DNA of 64,000 nucleotides. It comes from an uncultured Verrucomicrobiae bacterium (GTDB lineage Bacteria; Verrucomicrobiota; Verrucomicrobiia; Chthoniobacterales; UBA10450). The notes below the pieces were generated by a model that saw only the letters and a list, made by a program, of their open reading frames with translations, was not told where the DNA came from and did no database searches. Location of the stretch: contig CAVTMK010000002.1 of the NCBI GenBank assembly GCA_963735805.1, forward strand, positions 640,001-704,000, given 5' to 3'. Positions 38,120 through 48,223 of this stretch are shown in pieces; position 1 is the first letter of the stretch; each line of letters begins with the position of its first letter. The translations under genes and the position numbers were made by a program.

Positions 38120-39819
38120 TCAGCGCATGATCCCGACGCTGTCGACGTGCGGTTTAGTTCAAAGTTCGCCGTCGACCCTGGTCGACAGAGACACGAGCTG
38201 GTGATTTTCACGTCGGCTTTTGCCCATACCTTGTTGAACCGGGCACGCGTTGCCTCAAATTCTGCGCCGCGTTTTTCCTGTTCACCGAGCGCTTCTGACA
38301 ACCCGAACAGAGACCAACCATTTTCGGGCAGACGCTTCAGGTCATCGCGATAGACTTGCTCGGCCTGGGCGAAACGGCCGGCAGCCATCAGGTTCGCACC
38401 GATTGTATGTCGCAACGGAACCATCCAGGAGGGAGGCTCGTCGTACGTCAGGGCGTCCTCCAATGTGAGCGCAACACGCAATTCGGCGAGACCAGAGTCG
38501 AGTTTCGCTTCGGCTATCAGTAGTTCGCCTTCAATCATGTGATTTGCGAGTGCGATGATTGACTCAGCGCTGTTGTTGCCGACCGCGGTATCTTTTGGAA
38601 CGTGCTGGACGCGGTCTCGGAAGATTGCCTGCTCGTTCCGCGCTTTTTCAGTGTCACCTTTGGCGGCAAAGGCAATCGCGCGCGCCCCATGATGGAACGC
38701 GCGAGCGAATGGCGTGTAGTCAGGATAATTTTCCGGTTCCGCAAGGATGTCGTCCCATTTTCCAAAGCGCACCATCACTTCCAGTGGAATCGCACCAAAG
38801 CTCTCCACCAAAGCTGCGTTTTCCTTCACAAACTCGGGCGGCAAGTCTTTCATCATTTTGCGCACGTAACGCATTGCAAGTTTGCTTTGACCGGTCATGA
38901 CCGCGGCGTAGACGATCATGTGTTGGTTGTGCGCGGCGTAAAACGGGAATAGGCCAACTGCTCGGTTCCCCGTCACGTTTCGGTAACGTTTATCGGCTTG
39001 AACCGCGTTAACGTTCGTTGCGATCGCCTCATGCCAGCGCCCGCGACGGATATCGATGTGCGATGGCATATGTACGTTGTGGGCGAGACCTGGCTGAAGC
39101 TTGCGCAGACGATCGGCCGCTAGCTCAGCGCGCTCCGGGTGTGGTGAAGCTTCGACCGCGTGGATGTAAAGATGATTGGCGAACGGATGGCGCGGGTTCA
39201 GCTTCAATACCGCATCGAGCGTAGCGATGATCTCTTCAGTGCCAGGATTTGGTTGACCTTCACTTGTCCATTGGTTCCAGGGCCGAAGGTCCATCATCGC
39301 TTCTGCGAATAGCACACCAACGTCGGCGTCCTTGGGGAATTTTTTCCAGACGTCGCGCATCGCCTCGGCATACGCTTGATCGAGCGGACCACGGTCGCTC
39401 GGTTGTGGAAATGCGTAGCGCTTGCTCAGGGCATCGATCAACGCTCGCTCGACTTCTGAGGCGTTCGAAACATGTTGTTTCGCGAGGGTAAGTTCCTTCC
39501 ATGCCAGTTCGGCCATCGGCGGCGGCACGAGCGCATAATTGATATGCGGACCGGCAGCCAGCGCGACGCCCCAATGTGCCATAGCGCATTGCGGATCGAG
39601 CCGCGCAGCTTCCTGGAAGGAGCGTATCGCGCCAGCGTGATTGAACCCATGAAGCAGCGCCAATCCTTGATCAAAATAACGCTGCGCTTTTGAGTTTTGT
39701 GTTGTGATCTTACGCGAGTACGTGCCCAGGCCGTCATAAAATGGCTCCGCCGCATCGCCGCTTCCGTAAAGGACCAGCCCAAGAACGGCGCCCGTAAATG
39801 CACGACGGATGGCGCTCAT
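38116..39819 (-). CDS. Secreted TPR-repeat protein
   Basis: Signal peptide; AQRYFDQG, HLYIHAVEAS and HMPSHI motifs; helical repeats. Confidence 0.8.
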   Translation of the reverse strand: MSAIRRAFTGAVLGLVLYGSGDAAEPFYDGLGTYSRKITTQNSKAQRYFDQGLALLHGFNHAGAIRSFQEAARLDPQCAMAHWGVALAAGPHINYALVPPPMAELAWKELTLAKQHVSNASEVERALIDALSKRYAFPQPSDRGPLDQAYAEAMRDVWKKFPKDADVGVLFAEAMMDLRPWNQWTSEGQPNPGTEEIIATLDAVLKLNPRHPFANHLYIHAVEASPHPERAELAADRLRKLQPGLAHNVHMPSHIDIRRGRWHEAIATNVNAVQADKRYRNVTGNRAVGLFPFYAAHNQHMIVYAAVMTGQSKLAMRYVRKMMKDLPPEFVKENAALVESFGAIPLEVMVRFGKWDDILAEPENYPDYTPFARAFHHGARAIAFAAKGDTEKARNEQAIFRDRVQHVPKDTAVGNNSAESIIALANHMIEGELLIAEAKLDSGLAELRVALTLEDALTYDEPPSWMVPLRHTIGANLMAAGRFAQAEQVYRDDLKRLPENGWSLFGLSEALGEQEKRGAEFEATRARFNKVWAKADVKITSSCLCRPGSTANFELNRTSTASGSCAD

Positions 39820-39975
39820 AACCAGGAGGTGACTGTAATCTGGTCTTTTATCCGGGCAACATACTGGCCACGAACTCTGAAGAACTCAAGACACTCAGCG
39901 TTGCTGGACTGTAGGGCTCCGGAAAAATCAGCAGTTCCAGTTGCATGCCTTGTTCGGTCGCGCGATCAGATTCTT

Positions 39976-41475
39976 ATGGAACCACTCATCCGAAACGCCG
40001 CCATCCTTGCCGCATTCGCCATTATTGCCATCGCTCCGGGTTCGAGCTACTCAGCCGAAACGGATCTTAAGGACATCAAAAGCGAGATCACCAAACGCCA
40101 TGATGAAGCAGTGAAGCGATTACAGGATTGGATCGGGCAAGTATCGATCGCCGCGGAGAATCGCGGATACCCGGAAGGCGCTGAGTACATGGCGAAGCTG
40201 GCGCGCGATGCCGGATTTCAGCAGGCGACGGTGATTCACACTGACGGAAAACCGGGTGTATTCGCGACGTCGGATGCCGGTGCACCGAAAACGATCGGAC
40301 TTTATTTCATGTACGACGTGAAACAGTTCGACCCGGCGGAGTGGACGTCGCCGCCGACAGAAGCGCGAATCGTCGACAAACCGCCACTCGGCAAAGTGAT
40401 CGTCGGACGCGGGGCCGTGAACCAGAAGGGACCAGAGGCAGCCTTCCTCGCGGCATTGCATGCGATCCGCGGCGCGGGGAAGAAGATGCCGGTGAATTTG
40501 GTCTTGGTGGCAGAGGGCGAGGAGGAGATTGGTTCGCCGCATATTCCGCAGCTCGTTAGGCGTCCGGAAGTACTGGCCGCGCTTAAGAAATGTGACGGCG
40601 TATTTATGCCGTCAGCGACGCAGGATTTGGATGGAATCGTGACAGTAAACCTCGGCTCGAAAGGCGTGATCGAGCTCGAGCTGGTCTCGAGCGGTGAAAA
40701 ATGGGGACGCGGTCCGGCGAAGGATATCCACTCTTCACTCAAGGCGATGGTAGACAGCCCAGCCTGGCATTTGGTGAAAGCAATGAACACGCTTGTGTCC
40801 GAGGACGGTAACGAAATTACGATCGATAATTATCCGAAACCGCTGCCACTGAGTGCGGAAGAGAAAACAATGATTGAAAAAGTGTCGAAAGTGCGGAACG
40901 AAGCCCAGACAAAGAAGTTATTTAGCGTCCAGCATTGGATCAACGATCTACCATGGGAACAGGCGAACGAACGCCTCGAATCGGCGCCCACGGTCAATAT
41001 TGAGGGACTGGTCGGCGGGTACACAGGCCCTGGGGGCAAGACGATCCTGCCGCATCGTGCCGTCGCGAAGATCGATATGCGTCTCGTTCCCGATATGAAA
41101 GCAGCGGATGCGCTCGCCGCGTTGAAGGCTCATCTGGCGAAGCGCGGCTTTGGCGACATCGAAGTAAACATGACTGGCGGATACGATCCAACGAGCACTT
41201 CGGCTGATTCAAAACTGATTAAGGCGCAGGTTGAGACCTACAAAAAATTCGGAATCGATGCGTTACTCTGGCCGCGCAACGCTGGCTCGTACCCAGGATA
41301 TGTTTTCACCGGGCAACCGCTGAAACTTGCCGCCGGTCATTTCGGGCTCGGCCACGGCAGCGGGGCGCATGCGCCGGACGAGTATTACATCATCGAATCG
41401 ACAAACGCGAAAATACAGGGATTCGACGGCGCAGTGATGTCGTTCGTCGAATATCTCTACGACCTGGCAAAGTAG
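39976..41475 (+). CDS. Secreted M20/M25/M40 metallopeptidase
   Basis: Signal peptide; MYDV, GRGAVNQKG, EGEEEIGS, AHAPDEY. Confidence 0.85.
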   Translation: MEPLIRNAAILAAFAIIAIAPGSSYSAETDLKDIKSEITKRHDEAVKRLQDWIGQVSIAAENRGYPEGAEYMAKLARDAGFQQATVIHTDGKPGVFATSDAGAPKTIGLYFMYDVKQFDPAEWTSPPTEARIVDKPPLGKVIVGRGAVNQKGPEAAFLAALHAIRGAGKKMPVNLVLVAEGEEEIGSPHIPQLVRRPEVLAALKKCDGVFMPSATQDLDGIVTVNLGSKGVIELELVSSGEKWGRGPAKDIHSSLKAMVDSPAWHLVKAMNTLVSEDGNEITIDNYPKPLPLSAEEKTMIEKVSKVRNEAQTKKLFSVQHWINDLPWEQANERLESAPTVNIEGLVGGYTGPGGKTILPHRAVAKIDMRLVPDMKAADALAALKAHLAKRGFGDIEVNMTGGYDPTSTSADSKLIKAQVETYKKFGIDALLWPRNAGSYPGYVFTGQPLKLAAGHFGLGHGSGAHAPDEYYIIESTNAKIQGFDGAVMSFVEYLYDLAK

Positions 41476-41498
41476 GGAGCGGCAGCCACCGCCAGCGG

Positions 41499-41924
41499 CT
41501 ACAGTAATTTCGCTTCGAGATTGATCTGTGTGCCGGCGAGAGCGACGGATACGGGGCAAGTCTTTTTCGTTAACTCCGCTTGCTCCTTAAACTTTGCTTC
41601 ATCGATTCCAGGGACATCGGCCTCGGTTCTTAAGTCGATCGTGGTGATTTTCGGTCCGCCGCCAACCATCTCGAGTTTCACGGTCGCAGTGGTGCTGACT
41701 CGTTTCGCGGGATGCCCCGCTTTCTCCAAGTTTGCCGAAAGAGCCATCGTGTAACAACCGGCTTCAGCCGCGCCGATTAGTTCCTCAGGGTTCGTCCCTT
41801 TCCCTTCTTCGAAGCGCGATGAAAAAGAGTAGGGACCTTCGAATGCGCCGCTCCCCAGTTTCACGGTTCCCTTGCCTTGTTTCAGAGTGCCTTCCCAGAC
41901 AGCCGATCCAGTTCGTGTTGCCAT
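41499..41924 (-). CDS. osmC: OsmC peroxiredoxin
   Basis: AVWEG, YSFSSRFE, GTNPEELIGAA-x-AGC, CPVS; AAGGAG RBS upstream. Confidence 0.93.
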   Translation of the reverse strand: MATRTGSAVWEGTLKQGKGTVKLGSGAFEGPYSFSSRFEEGKGTNPEELIGAAEAGCYTMALSANLEKAGHPAKRVSTTATVKLEMVGGGPKITTIDLRTEADVPGIDEAKFKEQAELTKKTCPVSVALAGTQINLEAKLL

Positions 41925-42014
41925 TGTTTTATCTCCTTTGTTTGTTTGCTGATTACGATTCGCGCCACACGCCGGCGGGCGCAATCTCTTTTGCCTTTTA
42001 ATCCAACGAATGAA

Positions 42015-43340
42015 CTATGCAGCTTCCGGTGCAGCAATATCACCGAGCGGGGCGACCTGTTTTCCCCGCTGTGCTTGCGCAAAAACGCGCTGCTTGTGGC
42101 CTAACCAAATACTGAGCGCCAGCCAGGCAGCGATAATTGGCACTGTCAGAAAACTTATTCCACGCAATCCGAAACCGAGCGCGTTGAGGCCACGGTACGA
42201 CCATGCGCCGAGCTGATCGCCGACGCGATAAGCAAAGGTGTCGATCACACTCTTCGCTTTGTATTTGTCTTCACGTCGCAGAACCGTGAAGAGCACTTCG
42301 CGCGCGGGTCGCATGAACGCGAATGTCGCCGCGCGCCGTAGGACCTGGAATACAGCTAAAACCGCGAGTAGCGGGCTAATTCCAATGAAAACAAATCCAA
42401 TCAAACTTAACGTTGGCATAATGATCAATGTCGGAGTGACTCCGAGCCACTTTAGAAGCCTGCCAGTCAGGAAAAGTTGACCAAAGAACGTCAGCGTGTT
42501 TACCGAGCGGTCGAGATTGGCAAAAAACGTTGTACGCGCTGCTCGATCGGCGAAACCGTGACCAGCCAGATCGGATTGTTGAAAATAGGCCCAGGTCGAA
42601 GTCGTGGAATAAAAAATAATAAACGCGAACAAGCCAAAAAGGTAAGGAGATCGAAAAATGTGAGTAATCCCGGACCAAAGACTGCCTCCGATTGCGGCCT
42701 CTTCCTCACGACGCTGTTGCGATGCCTGCTGGCCTCGTGTGAAGTCCGCGGGAAAGAAACGCACGGATTGCGCTGCAACTTCAAACATTGCGCCGGATAC
42801 CAAAAGCAAATTGGCTGCGCCAATTGGCTTGACCAAGGAGGCAGTGATGCTCCCGCCGATAATGGCGCCTAACGAACCGCCTATGCTGATAAAACCGAAG
42901 AGCCGTTTCCCCTGTTCGTTGCTGAACAGATCGGTCATGAACGCCCAAAATACGGTGACCAGAAAAAGATTGGCGACACTTAGCCAAACGAAGAATGTGC
43001 GCCCTAGCCACGCTTGCTGTGCTGGCGACAGAATGCGCATGAGCACGGAAAAAATGATAAGATTCACAATGAAAAAACGGTAGGCAATCGGGATGAATCT
43101 GCGCCGCGACATTCCCGCCACGAGTGCAGAAAACAGCGCATTAGCGATCAGCATCGCGATTAACGTGGCCGTGAACATCCACGGCAGATTTTCCACGCCG
43201 CTGGACGCGCCTATCTCATCGCGGATCGGCCGAATCACATAATAGCCGCCAAGAACCATGAAATTGAAAACGAAGCCGAGCCAGAGCGCGCGAATTTCAT
43301 TCGCCTTAACGTCAACGATTTTGCCGAGGATCCGTTTCAT
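42015..43340 (-). CDS. MFS transporter, NTT/TLC (NTP/NDP exchange)-like
   Basis: YYVIRPIRD, FWAFMTDLF...GKRLFGFI, RPAREVLF...KYKAKSVID; about 12 TM segments. Confidence 0.8.
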   Translation of the reverse strand: MKRILGKIVDVKANEIRALWLGFVFNFMVLGGYYVIRPIRDEIGASSGVENLPWMFTATLIAMLIANALFSALVAGMSRRRFIPIAYRFFIVNLIIFSVLMRILSPAQQAWLGRTFFVWLSVANLFLVTVFWAFMTDLFSNEQGKRLFGFISIGGSLGAIIGGSITASLVKPIGAANLLLVSGAMFEVAAQSVRFFPADFTRGQQASQQRREEEAAIGGSLWSGITHIFRSPYLFGLFAFIIFYSTTSTWAYFQQSDLAGHGFADRAARTTFFANLDRSVNTLTFFGQLFLTGRLLKWLGVTPTLIIMPTLSLIGFVFIGISPLLAVLAVFQVLRRAATFAFMRPAREVLFTVLRREDKYKAKSVIDTFAYRVGDQLGAWSYRGLNALGFGLRGISFLTVPIIAAWLALSIWLGHKQRVFAQAQRGKQVAPLGDIAAPEAA

Positions 43341-43350
43341 CAAAAAGTTT

Positions 43351-43380
43351 TGTCATTCCGAGTGCGTGCGAGGGACCTCA
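43351..43380. repeat. Half copy of the GTCAT-type palindromic repeat
   Basis: tgtcattccgagtgcgtgcgagggacctca resembles the arms of 48078-48182. Confidence 0.45.
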
Positions 43381-43425
43381 CAAATACGGGACACGCTAAC
43401 GGAGTAGGAACGGCCCTAGCTGCGC

Positions 43426-44562
43426 TCACGATGGCGACGCGTGATTTTTCTTCCACGCGGCTAGCACTTCGGCTTCGCGTTCCGGTGTGATCCCGGCTTT
43501 CATGTGCGCCTGTCGATCTGGCGACTGGGATTTGAACCAGGCAAGGGTGTCAAGCGCGGTTTCATCAAGCGGGCGAAAGATTAGCCCTTTGGCAAGCGCA
43601 CGATTGATGTTGGTGCGGGTGATCCCGTCCTCCGCACCGGCCCAAACGGGCATATCAGACCAGGCCTGTACCTTTTGATTGGTCAAAAATTTCTCATCCG
43701 CCCAGATAAACTTGGCGTTGGATTTCAGGGCGGATTTGATTCCATCGAGCATTCCGCCAATGGTGATCGGCCTGGCCGGGCCGGTCGCATTGTAAATTCC
43801 AGTCTCGCCATTTTCCGTCATGCGGATCGTCCATTCCGCCAAATCGCGTCCATCGATGTACTGAACGGAATCCTCCGGTTTACCCGGCGCAAGCACGTCG
43901 CCGCCGCGATAGATCCGAACCGGCCAATAGGTAAAGCGATCGCTCTCGTCCCGTGGCCCGACGATTAATCCAGGCCGGATGATGAGCGTTTTTCCGGGAA
44001 ACCACTTCTCTGCTTCCTTCTCGGAAAGCACTTTGAGAGGTCCGTACAACTTGAAACCATTCGCCTTCATTGATTGAAGCGTTTCCTTGTACGGATCGGC
44101 CCCCCCGTAGCTTTGCAGCGGCGCGTTTTCATCCAGACCGGTCTTTGAGTCCTGGTAGACCGAAATAGTCGAGGTAAAAACGTATCGATCGACGTTTCCC
44201 TTCAAAATCTGCGCGGCATCACGCACCCAGATCGGCAGCGTTGTGGGATTATCGATCACTACATCCCAGGTTCGGCCTTTCAACGCGTCCAACTGTCCGT
44301 TGCGATCGCCGATCAGTTGCTCGACCTCACCGGGCAACTCGCCTGGATGGCTTTTGCCACGATTGAACGTAGTAACCTTATGTCCGCGGCTCAGCGCATA
44401 ACGCACTTGGTATGGCCCGGTGAATCCGGTGCCGCCCAGAATAAGAATGCGCAGAGGCTTCACAGCTTTCTCTGCGAGCGTTGTGGGCGATTTCATGTTG
44501 AGAGCAAGAGCACCAGCGGCGGTACTCGAGACTTTGATAAATTGGCGACGTGTTGTCTTCAT
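43426..44562 (-). CDS. Tat-signal NAD-dependent epimerase/dehydratase (extended SDR)
   Basis: TRRQFIK signal; GGTGFTG; YGPLK (YxxxK); RPGLIVGP. Confidence 0.88.
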   Translation of the reverse strand: MKTTRRQFIKVSSTAAGALALNMKSPTTLAEKAVKPLRILILGGTGFTGPYQVRYALSRGHKVTTFNRGKSHPGELPGEVEQLIGDRNGQLDALKGRTWDVVIDNPTTLPIWVRDAAQILKGNVDRYVFTSTISVYQDSKTGLDENAPLQSYGGADPYKETLQSMKANGFKLYGPLKVLSEKEAEKWFPGKTLIIRPGLIVGPRDESDRFTYWPVRIYRGGDVLAPGKPEDSVQYIDGRDLAEWTIRMTENGETGIYNATGPARPITIGGMLDGIKSALKSNAKFIWADEKFLTNQKVQAWSDMPVWAGAEDGITRTNINRALAKGLIFRPLDETALDTLAWFKSQSPDRQAHMKAGITPEREAEVLAAWKKNHASPS

Positions 44563-44686
44563 AGCGTAGTAACCTTTCTTGTCGTTCTGAGAGAAGCCAC
44601 CTACTAAGCCGTAGCTTTATACGAAGTCTGGAGGAAGCTAGCATTCCCTCGATCCGCTCGATATGCCAGTAGATAAGAAAATCCGC

Positions 44687-45613
44687 ATGACACGTCGCAA
44701 AGCGACGCGCTTAATTGGCGTGGGCGCGGCAGGATTATGTTTGCCGGTTCGTGCATCGCGTGCCCAGGCGAAAGCCGAATCATCAGCGATGTTGACCCGT
44801 TCAATTCCTTCATCAGGCGAAAAGCTGCCCGTGATCGGCTTGGGAACCTGGCAGGCGTTCGATGTCGATTTTAGTTCGGACACCCGAAGACAGCTCGGAG
44901 ACGTGCTCTCACTTTTTGTAAAGCTCGGCGGACGGGTAATCGATACATCGCCGATGTATGGCCGCGCCGAAGAAGTGATTGGTGACCTGACGGCTGCCCT
45001 CGGCGTTCGCGACGAGGTTTTTCTTGCCACGAAAGTTTGGACGCGAGGCAGGGAAAACGGAATTAAATCGATGGAACGCTCCATGACGCTTTTACGAGCG
45101 AAAAAAATCGATCTGATGCAAGTCCACAATCTCGTCGATGTTGAGACGCAACTGGCAACGCTGCGTGAATGGAAAGCGCAGGGCCGCATCCGTTACCTTG
45201 GTATAACGCACTACGAGGCGGGCGCATTTGCTGATGTGGAAAAAATCATGCGAAGCGAAACGCTCGATTTTGTGCAGATCAATTATTCGATCCTGGAACG
45301 CGAAGCAGAAGACCGCCTGTTGCCGCTCGCCCTGGAACGCGGCATTGCCGTAATCGTTAATCGGCCGTTTGGTGGTGGCGATCTTTTCAGTCGGACGCGC
45401 TCAAAGCCAATGCCCGATTGGGTTGCCGAATTTGATTGTCGTTCCTGGGCGCAATTTTTCCTCAAGTGGATCGCGGCTAATTCCGCTGTCACTTGTGCCA
45501 TTCCCGCGACCAACAAACCGCGGCATCTTGAGGATAATATGATGGCAGGCATAGGGCGGCTTCCTGACGCAAGAATGCGGCGACGAATGGTTGAATTAGT
45601 CTCGTCACGGTAG
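44687..45613 (+). CDS. Aldo/keto reductase with putative Tat signal
   Basis: MTRRKAT...ASRA; IGLGTW, DTSPMYG, ATK, QVHN, IPAT. Alternative ATG at 44663. Confidence 0.9.
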   Translation: MTRRKATRLIGVGAAGLCLPVRASRAQAKAESSAMLTRSIPSSGEKLPVIGLGTWQAFDVDFSSDTRRQLGDVLSLFVKLGGRVIDTSPMYGRAEEVIGDLTAALGVRDEVFLATKVWTRGRENGIKSMERSMTLLRAKKIDLMQVHNLVDVETQLATLREWKAQGRIRYLGITHYEAGAFADVEKIMRSETLDFVQINYSILEREAEDRLLPLALERGIAVIVNRPFGGGDLFSRTRSKPMPDWVAEFDCRSWAQFFLKWIAANSAVTCAIPATNKPRHLEDNMMAGIGRLPDARMRRRMVELVSSR

Positions 45614-45755
45614 CGGCGACCGATCAAAAATCGCCTCTCAAACTGCTCTTGCGGAGACCTGTCCGTATTTGTTAATTGTCAACGGAAAAAATTTACGTTT
45701 TCTGAAAAAAAATCAGTTGCAGGGGCGCTCGATCTCATCGATAGGAGCGCGCTTT

Positions 45756-46307
45756 ATGGGAAAAATAACCCCCTGTCTTATTATCGGGCTTTGTTGCGTG
45801 GCATTTTATCCGCGTCCGGCGGCAGCGCTGACTTTTTCAGCGCCGAAACCAAAATTTGGTTACACGGACGCATCCGGTAAAAAGCAGTCGGTTGAGGTGG
45901 TCGACAAATATTACCCCAAGAAAATTGTGCACCCGTTCGGCAATGATTCGAAGATCGATCCGAAGCTGCGCCGAGCTGCGACCATCGCAGAAGAACGCGC
46001 GCGAGCACACTCTCTTTCCAAGTGCTGGCACTACGTCAAAGAAGCTCTTGTTGCCGCTGGGGTGGTGAAGTCCCGCCCCCAAACGACCCTGGCAAAGCAA
46101 GCCGGGCAGGAGCTGGTGAAAAATTACGGATTCAAGAAACTGCCGGTGACCGATCCGTATCAGGCGCCTGTTGGTTCCGTGTTGGTCTATGGCGCCAAAC
46201 GCGCCGCGGGCCACGTCGAGATTCGCACGGAAAATGGTTTCGTCAGCGATTTTCGCTCAAAGACGCCGTCTCGCCGGCCGCTATTAGGTATTTTCGCCAA
46301 GAGTTAG
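45756..46307 (+). CDS. Secreted protein with a CHAP/NlpC-like Cys-His dyad (putative amidase)
   Basis: Signal peptide; KCWHYVKEAL...GSVLVY...GHVEI. Confidence 0.55.
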   Translation: MGKITPCLIIGLCCVAFYPRPAAALTFSAPKPKFGYTDASGKKQSVEVVDKYYPKKIVHPFGNDSKIDPKLRRAATIAEERARAHSLSKCWHYVKEALVAAGVVKSRPQTTLAKQAGQELVKNYGFKKLPVTDPYQAPVGSVLVYGAKRAAGHVEIRTENGFVSDFRSKTPSRRPLLGIFAKS

Positions 46308-46389
46308 GATTGCTCCTCTGGGCGATTCTAAGCGCCTGAAAGAATCAATTCCGGCTGGCAATTTGTCCAGGCCCGCAGATTCTTTGGCG

Positions 46390-47121
46390 ATGATTCAACC
46401 GGTCCGGATTGCCATGTGGTCGGGCCCGCGAAATATCTCGACGGCTATGATGCGTGCCTGGGGTAATCGCGCCGACACGTTTGTAATCGATGAGCCATTT
46501 TATGCTTTTTACCTGTGGGAAACTGGCAAGGAGCATCCCGGCGCAGACGCGGTGATCGGGTCTGGCGAGACCGATTGGCGAAGAGTCATCGCGGAACTAA
46601 CAGCGCCCATCCCGGACGCGAAGCGGATCTTCTTCCAGAAACAAATGTCGCATCACCTTTTGCCGGGGGTGGCCCGTGAATGGCTCAGTGCAGTAACAAA
46701 TTGTTTTCTAATTCGAGACCCACGCGAGGTAATCGCTTCATACGTCAAAAAACGAGAGGATCCAGCGCTGGCGGATCTGGGCTTTGTGCAGCAGTCGGAG
46801 ATTTTTGATTTTGTCCGTGCTCAAACGAATTCGATCCCGCCCGTCGTCGATGCAAAAGATGTGCTGGAAGATCCCAAACGAACATTGCGCCTGCTTTGCG
46901 AGGCAGTCGGCGTCGACTTCAGTGAATCCATGCTGTCATGGCCGCCTGGATTGCGCGAGAGCGACGGCGTCTGGGCAAGGCATTGGTACGGTGAAGTAGC
47001 AAAAACAACGTCTTTTCAACCATATCGACCGAGCGAAGTGAAGGTTCCGGTGCATCTGCAGGAAACTCATGATCGCTGTCGTGAATGTTACGACCGATTG
47101 TGCGAATACAGACTGCGTTGA
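46390..47121 (+). CDS. Sulfotransferase-like P-loop protein associated with a class IV aminotransferase
   Basis: IAMWSGPRNISTAMMR, DEPFY, LIRDP, MLSW. Confidence 0.8.
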   Translation: MIQPVRIAMWSGPRNISTAMMRAWGNRADTFVIDEPFYAFYLWETGKEHPGADAVIGSGETDWRRVIAELTAPIPDAKRIFFQKQMSHHLLPGVAREWLSAVTNCFLIRDPREVIASYVKKREDPALADLGFVQQSEIFDFVRAQTNSIPPVVDAKDVLEDPKRTLRLLCEAVGVDFSESMLSWPPGLRESDGVWARHWYGEVAKTTSFQPYRPSEVKVPVHLQETHDRCRECYDRLCEYRLR

Positions 47122-47134
47122 ACCATTCAAACCA

Positions 47135-48058
47135 ATGCTTCAAAAGTTCGATGAACGAAATCGCAACCTGATCGTTAATATTAACGGTCGGCTTTTGCAC
47201 CGCGATGAGGCCGGAATCAGCCCGTTTGATTCGGCCGTACAGGGCGGCGACGCAGTTTGGGAAGGCCTGCGTCTATACAATGGCCGCATTTTCAAACTCC
47301 ACGAGCATCTCGACCGGTTGGAACATTCGGCACAGGCTTTGTCTTTTGTCGAAATTCCGTCGCGCGAAAAAATCATCGAGGAAATCAAACGCACACTTAC
47401 GGCGAACAAGATGAGTGACGGCGTGCATGTCCGCCTCACGCTGACTCGCGGTGTAAAGATCACTTCCGGAATGGACCCGCGTCTGAATCAGAGCGAGCCT
47501 ACCTTGATCGTTCTCGCGGAGCATAAGGCACCGGTCTACGCGAAGAACGGCCTGACTTTGATTACGACCAAAGTCCGCCGCCCGCCGCGCGAGGTTCTGG
47601 ATGCGCGAATTCATCACGCGAATCTGCTGAATTCGATTCTGGCTAAGATCGAAGCCAACAACGCGGGTGCAGACGACGCCTTGATGCTCGACACGCGCGG
47701 CTTTGTCGCGGAAACAAACGCCACGCACGTCTTCATCGTGCGCAACTCCGATCAATCGCGAACAAGCGGTGATCTGGCGACCAGTCGGGTGCTGGCCTGC
47801 CCGGAGGGAATCACCCGCGCCACAGTGATCGAGATTTGTGCGACCGAAAAAATTCGCTGTGTCGAGACCGACCTTTCGGTCGTCGACGTTTATGGCGCCA
47901 GTGAGATGTTTTGTACCGGAACGATGGGTGAGCTGGCTGCCGTTACGAAGCTCGACAATCGCCAGATAGGCGATGGCACCGTTGGCCCCATGACAAAACG
48001 GCTCAGCGATATTTACGCCAAACGAACCGCCAGTGAAGGCGTACAGGTTTTGAATTGA
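47135..48058 (+). CDS. Aminotransferase class IV (BCAT/DAAT-like)
   Basis: GDAVWEG, HLDRL, AETNATH, EGITR, EMFCTGT. Confidence 0.85.
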   Translation: MLQKFDERNRNLIVNINGRLLHRDEAGISPFDSAVQGGDAVWEGLRLYNGRIFKLHEHLDRLEHSAQALSFVEIPSREKIIEEIKRTLTANKMSDGVHVRLTLTRGVKITSGMDPRLNQSEPTLIVLAEHKAPVYAKNGLTLITTKVRRPPREVLDARIHHANLLNSILAKIEANNAGADDALMLDTRGFVAETNATHVFIVRNSDQSRTSGDLATSRVLACPEGITRATVIEICATEKIRCVETDLSVVDVYGASEMFCTGTMGELAAVTKLDNRQIGDGTVGPMTKRLSDIYAKRTASEGVQVLN

Positions 48059-48077
48059 TACTAGTGTGCGGCTACAA

Positions 48078-48182
48078 TGTCATCCTGAGCGAAGCAAAGA
48101 AGTCTCCACGTGCCTCGATCACGCAAAGTAGTTAGTGGATCACCACTTTCGATCACGGATTTCTCGCGCCGCTCGGAATGAC
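48078..48182. repeat. GTCAT-type palindromic (REP/MITE-like) element between convergent genes
   Basis: tgtcatcctgagcgaagc...gcgccgctcggaatgac inverted termini. Confidence 0.65.
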
Positions 48183-48223
48183 GCATTGAACAATTACACG
48201 TTGGGGGGTGGGCCTTAAGAAGC

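Noticed and set aside
39697..39975. 93-aa N-terminal extension of the M20 peptidase ORF
   Set aside because: It overlaps the divergent TPR gene start; the signal peptide begins at ATG 39976.
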